A DNA stretch of 64,000 nucleotides from Anaerolineaceae bacterium (GCA_034430195.1 DAOUFF010000049.1:10271-74270); one strand, 5' to 3'; shown: positions 38,045-48,183, counted from the first letter of the stretch. A program made the numbers and translations. The notes: generated by a model not told the origin, from the letters alone.

Positions 38045-38718
38045 ACGTCCGGTACGTTGCTCAGAGTGTGAACATAAATCGGTGCCAAACTGACCACGTC
38101 GTCGGCTTGCCCGGCTTTCAGCCGCTGCCAGGCCAATTCGGCCAGTACGGCTGGGCGGCGCAGGCAGGCAGAAGGGGCGGCCAGGCGAGTTGTCTTCCAC
38201 TTGCGCGAAAACAGGCGCCGCTCTTCTGGGCCCATTTCACCGACGACATAAACTGGTGAAGTAATGGTGGCGGCAATTGTCTTCGGTTCGTCCACCGCGA
38301 CGAGGCCTTGCGGAACCCACTGGTCTTTTTGATACTGAAAACGCTGATAGGCAAATCTTCCGCGCCCGACCTGCAGTAGGGCAATCATTGGGCGGCGCAG
38401 CGCCGGCTGACTGGCAGCTAAGATCTCGAGGGAAGGAATGCCAACTGCGGGCAGGCTTAACCCGAGCGCCAGTCCTTTTACAGCGCTCAGCCCGATCCGC
38501 AGGCCGGTAAAAGAACCTGGCCCCAGCGCCACTGCCAGCCCGCTAAGTGCGCTGCGGGGAGTGTGAGTGCGCTCCAGCATGGCAGCGATGGAAGAGACCA
38601 GCTCCACCGTGTGATAATTTTGGCTGTGCCAGGTAACCTCACTGACCACCCGCACACCGTCATGCAGCCCCAGTCCAATCCATTCCGTTGATGTATCAAT
38701 CGCCAGCAGCATGATCAA
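38041..38718 (-). CDS. tsaB: tRNA t6A37 biosynthesis protein TsaB
   Basis: MLLAIDTSTEWIGLGL ... LGPGSFTGLRIGLS. Confidence 0.85.
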   Translation of the reverse strand: MIMLLAIDTSTEWIGLGLHDGVRVVSEVTWHSQNYHTVELVSSIAAMLERTHTPRSALSGLAVALGPGSFTGLRIGLSAVKGLALGLSLPAVGIPSLEILAASQPALRRPMIALLQVGRGRFAYQRFQYQKDQWVPQGLVAVDEPKTIAATITSPVYVVGEMGPEERRLFSRKWKTTRLAAPSACLRRPAVLAELAWQRLKAGQADDVVSLAPIYVHTLSNVPDV

Positions 38719-39215
38719 GCTCCATAAAGTGCTTCTTCAAGTTTGCGCGTCAGAGTTTCGTAATCTTTTCCGTGCGGTGTAAAAACAAGGTGGCGTTGTT
38801 CCGGATTAATCCAACTCATGGAAACCCAAAGGTTATCAGTCGGCAGTGCGGAGCGAATACGGTCGGCCCATTCCACCACCAGGATGCCTTCTAACAGAAT
38901 CCGATCCAAGTCGAGGATGGCGGTATCCAATGGGTTTTCAGCATCAAGACGGTAGGCGTCGGCATGGTAAAGATGGTGGCCGTCGGCCCGCTGGTAGTCA
39001 TTGACGATGACATAGGTCGGGCTGGAAACATGGTCGGTAGAACCCCAGCCCTGGGCTGCCCCTTGTACCAGTGTCGTCTTGCCGGAACCCAAATCTCCTT
39101 CCAGGCAAACAACCTGACCTGGCTGCAGCAGAGTGCCTAAGCGAATCCCAACCCGCCGGGTCTGTTCCGGGCTGTGTGAAAAGAATTCGAATGCGTTGCG
39201 GGGTAGGATGGGCAT
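38715..39215 (-). CDS. tsaE: tRNA t6A37 biosynthesis ATPase TsaE
   Basis: CLEGDLGSGKTTLVQG, SPTYVIV, HADAYRL. Confidence 0.85.
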   Translation of the reverse strand: MPILPRNAFEFFSHSPEQTRRVGIRLGTLLQPGQVVCLEGDLGSGKTTLVQGAAQGWGSTDHVSSPTYVIVNDYQRADGHHLYHADAYRLDAENPLDTAILDLDRILLEGILVVEWADRIRSALPTDNLWVSMSWINPEQRHLVFTPHGKDYETLTRKLEEALYGA

Positions 39216-39245
39216 GGTTTGGCCTGAAATTTACCTTTCTTTTCG

Positions 39246-39251
39246 ATTATA
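39246..39251 (-). promoter_or_regulatory. Candidate -10 box for the tsaE-tsaB-rimI-udg transcript
   Basis: The reverse strand reads GGGGTATAATCG, 30 nt upstream of ATG 39215. Confidence 0.3.
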
Positions 39252-39301
39252 CCCCAGCGAAAGTTCAATTTTCAGGCTTCGGCAGCAAGCCTCAGAGAAA
39301 G

Positions 39302-40459
39302 TCAGTTCTGGTCATAGTAACGGATTTGATCCCACGGAAAGCGCCCCAGCAAAGCCATTGCCGTACGGGCGATGATCCTGGCGGCATCCGGGCGGGCCAT
39401 CAGACGAGAGTTTTGGCTGAACTTCACCATTTCTTCGGGGTGATCCAACCAGCGCTGGACCGTGCGAGCCACCTCGTCCGGATCTTCCACCCAGAGGCCA
39501 GCCTCGTGGTTCACCACATAGTCTACATTGCCATTTTCTTGCCCGGGCATTTTGCTGTATAAAATAATGGGCAAGCCGGCTGAAAACGCTTCACTGATGG
39601 TGCCTGGCCCGGCTTTGGTGATGATCATATCGCAGGCCTGCATGTATTCAGGCAGGTTGTCCAAAAAGCCGCACACCCATGCCGGGTGCGGATAGTGCAT
39701 AGCTTCCAACCTTTTTTTCAGTGCCTCATTTTTGCCGGCCACAATTACCATTCCGACCGGCACGCGTTGGCGAGTAATCGCTTGAACGGTGTGTTCCAAC
39801 GGGCCCATTCCTTCACCTCCGCTGACAAGCAGCACCAGCGGCAGGTCTTGGGGCAGCCCCAATTTTTGGCGCGCTTGTTGCTTCTCCAGTGGGGATAAAA
39901 ACTTTTCGGAAATCGGCAGCCCAGCCACATGCAGCTTTTCAGCCGGCATACCGAGCATGATCCCGCGCTGACGCGCCTCTTCGGTCGGAACGATAGTCAT
40001 ATCCGCTTCCGGGTTGTACCACCATTGGTGGGTACTGACCAAATCGGTGACCGCAATCAGGTAGCGTGGGCGGTTTTTTCCAAGAGCACGCAAAAGCGGC
40101 GGATTAATGACAGGGTGAACCGAAAGCATCAGATCGCACGGGTTTTCAGCGATCAGACTGCTGACTTGGCTCCGCACATAAGGCCACAAGACCCTTTGGA
40201 TCGTATCTGCAGTTATTTTAAGATTACTGGCTGCAAAGCCAATTTCCCACATATCCGGGATTTGTGCCATCGAGGCATAGGTATCGGGAGCTGCGTTGAA
40301 AGGCGGTGGGGCATAATCTTTAAAAAAGTCACGCATTGTCCAGGTTACCTGTCCGGGGAACTCAGCCTGAAAAGCTTCGATGATTGCTTTGGCAGCGCTG
40401 CGGTGCCCACCGCCAGTATCAGAAAAAAGGAAAAGGACGTGCGGTGTTTTTTCACTCAT
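39302..40459 (-). CDS. MGDG-synthase-family glycosyltransferase (diacylglycerol glycosyltransferase-like, GT28)
   Basis: Start moved to [30 protein letters not shown]. The C-terminal GT-B half contains [12 protein letters not shown]. Confidence 0.75.
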   Translation of the reverse strand: MSEKTPHVLFLFSDTGGGHRSAAKAIIEAFQAEFPGQVTWTMRDFFKDYAPPPFNAAPDTYASMAQIPDMWEIGFAASNLKITADTIQRVLWPYVRSQVSSLIAENPCDLMLSVHPVINPPLLRALGKNRPRYLIAVTDLVSTHQWWYNPEADMTIVPTEEARQRGIMLGMPAEKLHVAGLPISEKFLSPLEKQQARQKLGLPQDLPLVLLVSGGEGMGPLEHTVQAITRQRVPVGMVIVAGKNEALKKRLEAMHYPHPAWVCGFLDNLPEYMQACDMIITKAGPGTISEAFSAGLPIILYSKMPGQENGNVDYVVNHEAGLWVEDPDEVARTVQRWLDHPEEMVKFSQNSRLMARPDAARIIARTAMALLGRFPWDQIRYYDQN

Positions 40460-40662
40460 GCTGGTGGCTCCGTGTTTGGTTTTGAAATCAGGGTTTTCAT
40501 GCGCCGGGCCAGGTCTCGCCGGGTGAGCATCACCCGGTGCCCGCAAGTCTGGCAGACCAGGCCAATATCGGCCCCCAACCGAACGATTTCCCACTCATAC
40601 CCCCCGCATGGATGGGCCTTACGCATCCGGACGTGATCGCCAAGTTTGATATCAGGCAGCAT
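40456..40662 (-). CDS. DUF951 family small protein
   Basis: [52 protein letters not shown] overlap with the downstream gene. Confidence 0.7.
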   Translation of the reverse strand: MLPDIKLGDHVRMRKAHPCGGYEWEIVRLGADIGLVCQTCGHRVMLTRRDLARRMKTLISKPNTEPPA

Positions 40663-40816
40663 AACCGCATTATAACTGCCTGCCGGCGAGGCGGGCCGGT
40701 CTGTCAAGGGGGGTGTCGCAGGCGAATGCTTGGCCAGCCCGGCATGTTATAATGCCAAAAAGCGGCCGTCGGAGCTGGTTACATCGACCTGTGCCGCCGG
40801 CAAAGAGAGAGCAATC

Positions 40817-41461
40817 GTGACAGGGTTGACGGTTCAGGCGCTGATTTCGCGCATCATCACTTTGGTGATTGCGTTCACGCTGCATGAATTCTCGCATGCC
40901 AAAGCCGCTGACCTGCTGGGCGACCCGACCCCGCGTGCAGCTGGCCGCCTCACCTTGAACCCGCTGGCCCACCTGGACCCACTTGGAACGTTGATGTTGA
41001 TCGTGGCAGGCTTTGGCTGGGCGAAGCCAGTGCCGATAAATCCGGCAGCCTTGCGGCAAAAAAATCGGGCTGGCACCATGTTGGTCTCATTGGCCGGCCC
41101 GTTGAGCAACCTGGTGCTGGCCGCCAGCGCTGCGATGATCATCCGCCTGGGGTTGGCCTCGATTTATGCTCAGGGAAGCAGCTGGCTTCCGACCCCCGGG
41201 CAATTTCTGTTGGAGTTTGTCTACATCAATGTTGCGCTTTTCCTCTTCAACCTCATCCCGCTGGCCCCGCTGGATGGCGAAAAGGTGATGGAATACTTGC
41301 TGCCAGACCGCTGGCAAGACGGCTTTGCGAAATTGCGCCTATATGGGCCGATATTGCTGCTGGTTTTGGTTGTTGTCGGCCCGCGGATCGGCTTTGACCT
41401 TTTTGGCACACTGATTCAGGCCCCCCTGCTGCGGATTACGCGCTTTTTGGTTGGCGCCTAA
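40817..41461 (+). CDS. Site-2 protease family (M50) membrane metalloprotease
   Basis: HEFSHA (HExxH) and NLIPLAPLDGEKV. GTG 40817 follows AGAGAG; the track ORF is extended to 40730. Confidence 0.8.
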   Translation: MTGLTVQALISRIITLVIAFTLHEFSHAKAADLLGDPTPRAAGRLTLNPLAHLDPLGTLMLIVAGFGWAKPVPINPAALRQKNRAGTMLVSLAGPLSNLVLAASAAMIIRLGLASIYAQGSSWLPTPGQFLLEFVYINVALFLFNLIPLAPLDGEKVMEYLLPDRWQDGFAKLRLYGPILLLVLVVVGPRIGFDLFGTLIQAPLLRITRFLVGA

Positions 41462-41481
41462 ACTAGGGCAACGGTGCCGCC

Positions 41482-42939
41482 ATGACCTGCTATTGCTATC
41501 TGATGGAATGTGCGAATGGCGCATATTACGCTGGTTGGACGACTGACCCGCAGCGTCGGCTGCGGGTCCATAACCGTGGTAAAGGCGCCCGCTATATCCG
41601 TTTGAATGGCCCGGCCCGGCTGGTTTATCTGGAAGAACTGCCGGATAAGATCAGCGCGCTGAAACGCGAATACGAAATCAAACAACTGACCCACCAAGCC
41701 AAAGCGCGCCTGGTCACCGATAAAAAGAAAAATCTGCTTCGTCAACCGGCGTATTCCCCCCAACCCGCCAGCCCGCTGGCAGCGGGAGAAGTTTTAACCG
41801 TCATTGCGCCCGGCCGGGTTAATTTATTGGGGGAGCATGTGGATTATAACGATGGCGTCGTGCTGCCGGCTGCCATCGATCGCTTTGTTCGGCTTAGGGT
41901 GAAGGTGTTGGCGGAGCCTGTGCTCCAGCTGCACGCATTAGATTTGGACGCCGAGACCAGCCTGAGCCTTACCGAATTAAAAGAGAAGCGTGACCTGACC
42001 GGTCTGCCGCTGCCAGGCTATGCCTGCTATCCGGCTGGGGTTGCCTGGGCGCTGCAAGAAGCCGGACGGCCAACCCCCGGGCTGCGGGTCAGCTACCGAT
42101 CCAACATCCCGATTGGGGCCGGTCTAAGTTCTTCCGCTGCTGTTTCGGTTGGCTTTGCGTTGGCCTGGCAGCATGCCGGCGGCTGGCAGATGGATCCGCT
42201 GGCACTGGCCAAGGCCTGTCAGCTTGCAGAAAATGAGTACGTCGGTGTGAAATCCGGCTTGATGGACCAATTTGCCTGCCTGTTTGGGCAAGAAGGGCAC
42301 GCGCTTCAATTTGATACCCGCAGTCTGGATTGGGAGCCGCTGCCATTGCCGCCCGAGGTGACTCTGGTGATTGCCGATTCAGGCGTCCGCCGCAATTTGG
42401 CCTGCTCGGCTTACAACGCGCGCCGCGCCGAATGTGAGGAAGCCCTCAGGCTGCTGAGTGAATGGCAGCCCGGGCTGACTTCTCTGCGAGACATCTCGCC
42501 GGAGCTGCTGCAGGAGTTTCTGCCGCAGCTGCCAGAGCCGGTCGGCCGACGCGCCCGGCATGTTGTAGAAGAGATTGCACGGGTCCAGCTGGCCGGGCAG
42601 TACCTTAAGGCTGCAGATATCAACGCTTTTGGCCAGCTGATGTACGCCAGCCACACCTCGCTGCGTGACTTATATGAAGTCAGCTGTCCGGAACTGGATG
42701 TTTTGGTGGAAGAGGCTGCAAAACTGACCGGCTGCTTTGGGGCGCGGCTGTGCGGGGCGGGTTTCGGCGGCTGCACCATCAATCTGGTGGATCGGCGGCA
42801 CGCCAGGGCATTCATCCGGGACCTGTCTGAGCGGTACCAGCAAAAAACCAGCAAAAAGGGGCTGATTTACCGCTGTGAAGCTTCACGCGGTGCTCATCTG
42901 GCAACAAAAGAAGAGGCTGCTTTACTGGATGCGGTGTGA
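41482..42939 (+). CDS. galK: GIY-YIG (UPF0213-like) domain fused to galactokinase
   Basis: aa 1-78: CYCYLMECANGAYYAGWTTDPQRRLRVHNRGKGARY ... ALKREYEIKQL. aa ~105-485: APGRVNLLGEHVDYNDG, SNIPIGAGLSSSAA, GAGFGGC. It is a single uninterrupted frame. Confidence 0.8.
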   Translation: MTCYCYLMECANGAYYAGWTTDPQRRLRVHNRGKGARYIRLNGPARLVYLEELPDKISALKREYEIKQLTHQAKARLVTDKKKNLLRQPAYSPQPASPLAAGEVLTVIAPGRVNLLGEHVDYNDGVVLPAAIDRFVRLRVKVLAEPVLQLHALDLDAETSLSLTELKEKRDLTGLPLPGYACYPAGVAWALQEAGRPTPGLRVSYRSNIPIGAGLSSSAAVSVGFALAWQHAGGWQMDPLALAKACQLAENEYVGVKSGLMDQFACLFGQEGHALQFDTRSLDWEPLPLPPEVTLVIADSGVRRNLACSAYNARRAECEEALRLLSEWQPGLTSLRDISPELLQEFLPQLPEPVGRRARHVVEEIARVQLAGQYLKAADINAFGQLMYASHTSLRDLYEVSCPELDVLVEEAAKLTGCFGARLCGAGFGGCTINLVDRRHARAFIRDLSERYQQKTSKKGLIYRCEASRGAHLATKEEAALLDAV

Positions 42940-43539
42940 GCTGACGATTACCAACACCAGGCCAAGCAGCACCAGGCCGATAACGCCCAGCGCCAGCCAG
43001 CGAGCGTTGCCTGAAAACAGCCGTTCGGTCAAACCGGGCTGAGCCTGAGTGGCAAGTGCGGTTTCGCTGACCAATTGAGGCAGAAATGTGGCTGTTGGGG
43101 GTGCGGTGGGCGTTGCGGAGCTCACGGGCAGCGTTTCAACCGCTGTCGGCGTTCCCAAGCCCAGGTTGATCTCACCTCCCTTGAAGATGATCAGCTGATC
43201 ACCCGGGTAAATGATCGAGTCGCCTGTCAGGTTGTTGTTGGCCATCAGATCCGCCAGCGGGACGCCGTAAAGCTCGGCAATATTGATCAGAAACTGACCT
43301 TCGAGCACGGTATGGATAATGGCACCGTCGAGACCGGGAGTGGCCGTTTCGTAAAGCAGGTTGGCAGGCAGCGTCGCTGGCAGCTGGGCAGCAGCGGGAT
43401 CATTGGTTGCGGTGGCGTCGGCCGGCTGAGATTGATGCCCGAAGGATGGCTGCCACGCGGATTGGGCCTGCAAGGCGACCACCCCGCACAGCAGCAAAGC
43501 CAGAGCAACCCCGCGGAGTAACTTGTATTTTCGCATCAT
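42922..43539 (-). CDS. LysM domain membrane protein
   Basis: Start moved to ATG 43539 (MMRKYKLL). N-terminal and C-terminal TM helices. LysM: HTVLEGQFLINIAELYGVPLADLMANNNLTGDSIIYPGDQLII. Confidence 0.75.
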   Translation of the reverse strand: MMRKYKLLRGVALALLLCGVVALQAQSAWQPSFGHQSQPADATATNDPAAAQLPATLPANLLYETATPGLDGAIIHTVLEGQFLINIAELYGVPLADLMANNNLTGDSIIYPGDQLIIFKGGEINLGLGTPTAVETLPVSSATPTAPPTATFLPQLVSETALATQAQPGLTERLFSGNARWLALGVIGLVLLGLVLVIVSSHRIQ

Positions 43540-43714
43540 GCTATTAATTTTCGGCTTTTCTTCTTTAACAAGATTATAGCGCAATGCATCCGGCTCATCT
43601 GGCCAGGGAACAAGCCACCCCGAAAAGGCGTCCTATTCATAACCTATGGACGGGCAGGCCAAGCCTGAACAGCCTCAGGCCGGCAAGCTCTTGATGCAAT
43701 AAAATAGAAAAGAT

Positions 43715-45565
43715 ATGGAAACAACCCAAAACACACCCACTACGACCGCTGCCGTATTGCGACGGCAGTCCGGTTTCATTATTTTGTTTGCACTGCTTTT
43801 GGCGCTGGCGGCTGCCATTGCCGTCTTGTTTGCCTACGAGTCACGCCAGCAGGAACGCATTTATGCCGGCGTGAGTGCTGCCGGCGTTGACCTCTCTGGG
43901 CTGACCCCCTCGGAAGCCGTCATCAAGCTGCAAGAAGCGCTGGTTTACCCCAATGGCGGGCAGATCGTGTTCAGCGATGGGGAGCAGCGTTGGCAGTTCA
44001 CGCCAGCAGAACTGGGGTTTAGCTATGACATTCCCGCCACGGTAACCCAGGCCTTTCAAATTGGAAGGCAATCTGGCCTGCTGGGCAGCCTGATGGAACA
44101 GCTGGGTGCTTACCGCAAGGGAAGGGACGTCACACCGGCAATTGTTTACGACCAGAGCAAAGCCTACAGCGCCTTGCAGCAGATCGCCCGTCAGGTCGAC
44201 ACACCAATGCGCGAAGCAGAAATCAGCATTTCCGGTGCGCAGGTAAGCGTGCAGCCTGGCCAGGTTGGCCGTCAGGTGGACCTGAGCGCCACTTTGAGCC
44301 GGCTGGATGCCTATCTCATCACCCAGCAATACGGCACCATCGCTTTAGTGGTCAGCGAAAGCGAGCCGCTCATTATGGATGCTGGCCCGACGGCTGAAAC
44401 CGCGCGGGCGATCCTCAGCGCCCCGTTTACCATCCTGCCACCCGAAGACCAATCAGATGCCGGCCCCTGGCAGATTGCCCCGGAAGCCTTGGCGAAACTG
44501 CTGCGGGTGGAGCGCCAGACCGTTCAAGGCAGTGAGGCGTATGTGCTCAGCCTTGACCAGCAGGCTTTGGTCAACTATCTCGGGACGATCGCCCCATCGC
44601 TTCGGCGGGAGCCCATGAATGCGCGTATGATGTTTAACGACGAAACGCGTCAGCTTGAACTGCTCCAGAAAGCCGTCCCCGGCGGCTCGTTGGACGTGGA
44701 AAAAAGCGCGATTCAGATCCTGGATGCCGTGCAGGCTGGTGGGCACGAGGCCAGGCTGGTGATGGATGAAGTCAACCCACCGGTCACGGATACTACCACC
44801 GCCGCTGAGCTGGGCATTACCGAGCTGGTGAGCGAGTACACCTCATATTTCTGGGGGTCGGCCGCAGAGCGCGTTCAAAATATCCACGCTGCTGCCAGCA
44901 GCTTTCACGGCGTGTTGGTGGCCCCCGGCGAAGTGTTTTCGATGGCGCGCTACCTGACTGATATCAGCCTGGAGAATGGTTACGCTGAAGCCGTCATCAT
45001 TGTTGGCGATCAATCCGTCAAAGGCGTCGGAGGGGGCGTTTGTCAGGTGAGCACGACCCTGTTCCGAGCGGCTTTTTTTGGCGGTTTTCCGATTGTGGAA
45101 AGATATGCGCATGCTTACCGGGTCAGTTATTACGAGCAAATGTCCAACGGCGTACCGGATACCGACCTGGCCGGGCTGGATGCCACCGTTTATGTTCCGC
45201 TGGTTGACTTTAAGTTCAAAAATGACACCCCGTATTGGTTGCTCATGGAAACATACCCCACTGACCATTCGCTGACCTGGAAGTTTTATTCCACCAGCGA
45301 TGGCCGCAGCATGGAGTGGGATACTACCGGTCTGACCAACATCACACCGCCGCCTGAACCGATCTATCGCGAAGACCCCACCCTGCCGGCCGGTGAAATC
45401 CGCCAGGTGGACTGGGCGGTAGCGGGCGCCAGCGTCGAAGTGTACCGCACCGTTTACCGCGACGGCGCAGTTTACTTCACGGATACGATCCGCACGACAT
45501 ACGTGCCGTGGCCCGATGGATTCAATTACGGCCCGGGCACAGACCTGACCGGCCTGACTCACTGA
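43715..45565 (+). CDS. VanW family protein
   Basis: N-terminal TM helix. The VanW core GEVFSMARYL ... GGGVCQVSTTLFRAAFFGGFPIVERYAH lies in the C-terminal third. Confidence 0.8.
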   Translation: METTQNTPTTTAAVLRRQSGFIILFALLLALAAAIAVLFAYESRQQERIYAGVSAAGVDLSGLTPSEAVIKLQEALVYPNGGQIVFSDGEQRWQFTPAELGFSYDIPATVTQAFQIGRQSGLLGSLMEQLGAYRKGRDVTPAIVYDQSKAYSALQQIARQVDTPMREAEISISGAQVSVQPGQVGRQVDLSATLSRLDAYLITQQYGTIALVVSESEPLIMDAGPTAETARAILSAPFTILPPEDQSDAGPWQIAPEALAKLLRVERQTVQGSEAYVLSLDQQALVNYLGTIAPSLRREPMNARMMFNDETRQLELLQKAVPGGSLDVEKSAIQILDAVQAGGHEARLVMDEVNPPVTDTTTAAELGITELVSEYTSYFWGSAAERVQNIHAAASSFHGVLVAPGEVFSMARYLTDISLENGYAEAVIIVGDQSVKGVGGGVCQVSTTLFRAAFFGGFPIVERYAHAYRVSYYEQMSNGVPDTDLAGLDATVYVPLVDFKFKNDTPYWLLMETYPTDHSLTWKFYSTSDGRSMEWDTTGLTNITPPPEPIYREDPTLPAGEIRQVDWAVAGASVEVYRTVYRDGAVYFTDTIRTTYVPWPDGFNYGPGTDLTGLTH

Positions 45566-45643
45566 GTGCCTGGGCAGGGCTTGTTTTACCCTTATGGTAA
45601 AATGTGCTTGTGGCCCGCAAATGGAAAGGCGAGCTTTCAGTAA

Positions 45644-45877
45644 ATGGAGGATGAAGTGATTTCTAGCAGGCTATTGGACTTGTTGCGCTGCCCGGCGTGC
45701 GTCAAGGTCAAAACGGGTAAATTGGAATATTACCGGGAAAGCTGGCTGATCTGTGAAGATTGCGGCCGAAAATACCCCATCTGGGAAGATATTCCGGTCA
45801 TGTTGATCGAAGAGGGTGATAAATGGCAGTCCGTTGAAAAAGAAGCGCTGCCGGTTCCCGCCCCTAAACCCGAATAA
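45644..45877 (+). CDS. Trm112 family protein
   Basis: LLDLLRCPAC ... LICEDCGRKYPIWEDIPVMLIEE. Confidence 0.75.
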   Translation: MEDEVISSRLLDLLRCPACVKVKTGKLEYYRESWLICEDCGRKYPIWEDIPVMLIEEGDKWQSVEKEALPVPAPKPE

Positions 45878-45940
45878 CTACAGAAAGAGAACTGACCCCG
45901 TCTGTCGGCTGAAACCCCCTTGGGCGTCATTTAACTGCTT

Positions 45941-47356
45941 ATGAAGAATTTTTTTGAAAAAATTAAAAGCACTTTCCCGCGGAGCACCAAAACCCGCATC
46001 ATTTTAGGCGTTTTGCTCGGCGTCGGTCTGCTGGGTGGCATCCTTTTGGGGCGTTTTGTCAGCAATTTTGTTGCCGAAATGACGATTCTCAACCTGCCTG
46101 GTGAGCCCGTCTCTGCAGCGGCTGAGCCTGTGGATGGCGGAACGGGCACCGAGGTTGTGACGAGTGACGGTACCCCTACCCTGGACGCACCTCAGGCGCC
46201 ATTGAGTGCCCCTGTGTGGGACGGCAAAACACGAGTAAATGTGCTGATTATGGGCATTGACGCTCGCAGCCCGGACGTGCGTGCGCCGCTGACCGATACC
46301 ATGATCCTGTTTACGATTGATCCGGTTTCAAACACCGCCGGCATGATTTCCATTCCGCGCGATTTATGGGTGAAAATACCCGGCAGTGAGTACGGCAAAA
46401 TCAATACCGCCTACAGCATTGGCGAAAGCTTCCAGCTGCCAGGCGGTGGGCCAGGCCTGGCTGTGCGCACTGTGGAGGACCTGTTAGGCGTCCCGATCCA
46501 ATATTATGCTCAAATCAATTTTGAGGCGTTTGTCAGCTTTATCGACAATATCGATGGGGTCAAAGTGACCATTCCAGAGCGCATCCAGCTGGATATCGTG
46601 AACACCGACCGCTCTTACTGGCTGGATCCGGGCACTTACACGCTGCCCGGCGACCTTGCGCTGGCTTACGTGCGCAACCGCAGTACTTCCGGCGGAGATT
46701 TTGACCGCGCTCAGCGCCAGCAGCAGGTGATCATGGCCATCCGCGACCGCGTCCTGAGCTTCAATATGATGCCGACGCTGATTGCCAAAGCCCCGCAACT
46801 CTATGCCGATCTGTCCTCTGGGATCCGCACCAATTTAACGTTGGATCAGGCTCTTTCACTGGCGCAAAAAGCACTATCCATCCCACGTGATCAAATTTTG
46901 AGCCGGGCGATTAATGGGTCGTACGTAAACTTTGGCACATCGCCAGATGGGCTCTCCATGCTGCGTCCGATTCCCGATAAGGTCCGCGAACTGCGGGATG
47001 AAGTATTTGGTGGAGTGAGCGCCGTCAACGCAGAACAAAACCTTGAGACCATCCTCCAGGAAGAGGGCGCCAGTATCTCGGTGCGCAATGCCTCCTCTCA
47101 GGAAGGTTTGGCAGCCAAAACCGCCGAATATCTGCGAGCAAAGGGCCTGAACGTGGTAGAAGAGACGAACGCAGCCTATCAGACCTATTCAACCATCACC
47201 TTCTATGGTGCTAAGCCCTATACACTGCACTATCTGGTGGACCTGTTTAAAATCAGCCCTTCCACCCGTATCGTCTACGCATATGACCCGGCCGCCACAG
47301 TTGATCTGGTGCTTTACCTGGGCGATGACTTTGCCGCCAACAGCACCCTTCCTTGA
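45941..47356 (+). CDS. LCP (LytR-CpsA-Psr) family glycopolymer ligase with LytR_C domain
   Basis: N-terminal TM helix; NVLIMGIDARS ... TDTMILFTIDP ... MISIPRDLWV ... RSTSGGDFDRAQRQQQV. Confidence 0.85.
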   Translation: MKNFFEKIKSTFPRSTKTRIILGVLLGVGLLGGILLGRFVSNFVAEMTILNLPGEPVSAAAEPVDGGTGTEVVTSDGTPTLDAPQAPLSAPVWDGKTRVNVLIMGIDARSPDVRAPLTDTMILFTIDPVSNTAGMISIPRDLWVKIPGSEYGKINTAYSIGESFQLPGGGPGLAVRTVEDLLGVPIQYYAQINFEAFVSFIDNIDGVKVTIPERIQLDIVNTDRSYWLDPGTYTLPGDLALAYVRNRSTSGGDFDRAQRQQQVIMAIRDRVLSFNMMPTLIAKAPQLYADLSSGIRTNLTLDQALSLAQKALSIPRDQILSRAINGSYVNFGTSPDGLSMLRPIPDKVRELRDEVFGGVSAVNAEQNLETILQEEGASISVRNASSQEGLAAKTAEYLRAKGLNVVEETNAAYQTYSTITFYGAKPYTLHYLVDLFKISPSTRIVYAYDPAATVDLVLYLGDDFAANSTLP

Positions 47357-47380
47357 GACGCTGAGACCGCTTTAATTTCA

Positions 47381-47409
47381 AAAAACTCCCCGCCCGGGGA
47401 GTTTTTTTT
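47381..47409. terminator. Bidirectional intrinsic terminator between the convergent LCP gene and the hutU operon
   Basis: AAAAACTCCCC (47381-47391), loop GCCC, GGGGAGTTTTT; the T-run extends to 47409. Confidence 0.8.
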
Positions 47410-47432
47410 AGGTAGCTAATCAACAGATTTGC

Positions 47433-47795
47433 TTATTGCGGGCCACCGGGGCTGGCGGCCTGCAGCGCAGTTGCCAGCTGAACCAGCGTGCGTGCGTCCG
47501 TTTCAGAGCCACCCTGGGCAAGCAAGGTTTGGGCTTGGGCAATCAATGCGTCGGCTGGGCTGGCATCTCCTACCAGCTGCAAGCGGCTTTGAGCTCGCGC
47601 GAGGTCGGGCACGCCCCCGTACGCTTGGGCGATCATCAGGCGGTATGCCGAGCGGGCTTCACCGGAAAGCTCGTGGGGCAGGGCTTCCGGGTTAATGCTG
47701 GGGGCGAGCAGGAGCGAAATCAGCAGCCCGGCTGCTATCCCGAGAATCAGGCCGGTCAGCAAAAACCAATAGCCACGGTTTTGTTTTTCCATCAT
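47433..47795 (-). CDS. Hypothetical single-pass membrane protein
   Basis: YWFLLTGLILGIAAGLLISLLLAP TM helix followed by a ~90-aa helical domain. ATGA overlap with the upstream gene. Confidence 0.5.
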   Translation of the reverse strand: MMEKQNRGYWFLLTGLILGIAAGLLISLLLAPSINPEALPHELSGEARSAYRLMIAQAYGGVPDLARAQSRLQLVGDASPADALIAQAQTLLAQGGSETDARTLVQLATALQAASPGGPQ

Positions 47796-48163
47796 CTGCC
47801 CTGTTCTTCCAGCCAGCTCTGATAGACGGAGGCGTCAATGCTATAAAACAAGGCGCGCAGCGTGTCCAAATCCGCGCTGGCGTAGCCGATTGCTTGCGCG
47901 TATTGGATCGAATTTACCAGCAACGTGAGCGGGTCTCCGGTGTCAATTTGGGCCAGTTGTTCCAAAGCTGCCCGTGGATCCTGATGCACGCTGAAGCTTT
48001 CGGCCGCCATCAGCACCAGGTCGGTCTTGTAATCTGCCCGCAGGTCGCTCAGCGCGGCTTCACGCGGGGCTTGCGGCGGCAGCACCAGCCAACCGAAGGC
48101 CAGGCCGGCTCCCAGGCCGATCAGAATGGCAAGGATGAAAAACAGAATCCGTTTACTTTTCAA
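47792..48163 (-). CDS. Hypothetical single-pass membrane protein (same architecture as neighbour)
   Basis: ILFFILAILIGLGAGLAFGWLVLPP TM helix followed by a ~90-aa domain. Confidence 0.5.
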   Translation of the reverse strand: MKSKRILFFILAILIGLGAGLAFGWLVLPPQAPREAALSDLRADYKTDLVLMAAESFSVHQDPRAALEQLAQIDTGDPLTLLVNSIQYAQAIGYASADLDTLRALFYSIDASVYQSWLEEQGR

Positions 48164-48183
48164 AGCAGCCTTCCAGTTAGCAG

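Noticed and set aside
39274-39292. Hairpin AGGCTT-CGGCAGC-AAGCCT downstream of the MGDG-synthase-like gene, as a terminator
   Set aside because: The stem is only 6 bp and there is no U-tract on the relevant (minus) strand. A TATAAT for tsaE follows, so read-through cannot be judged.
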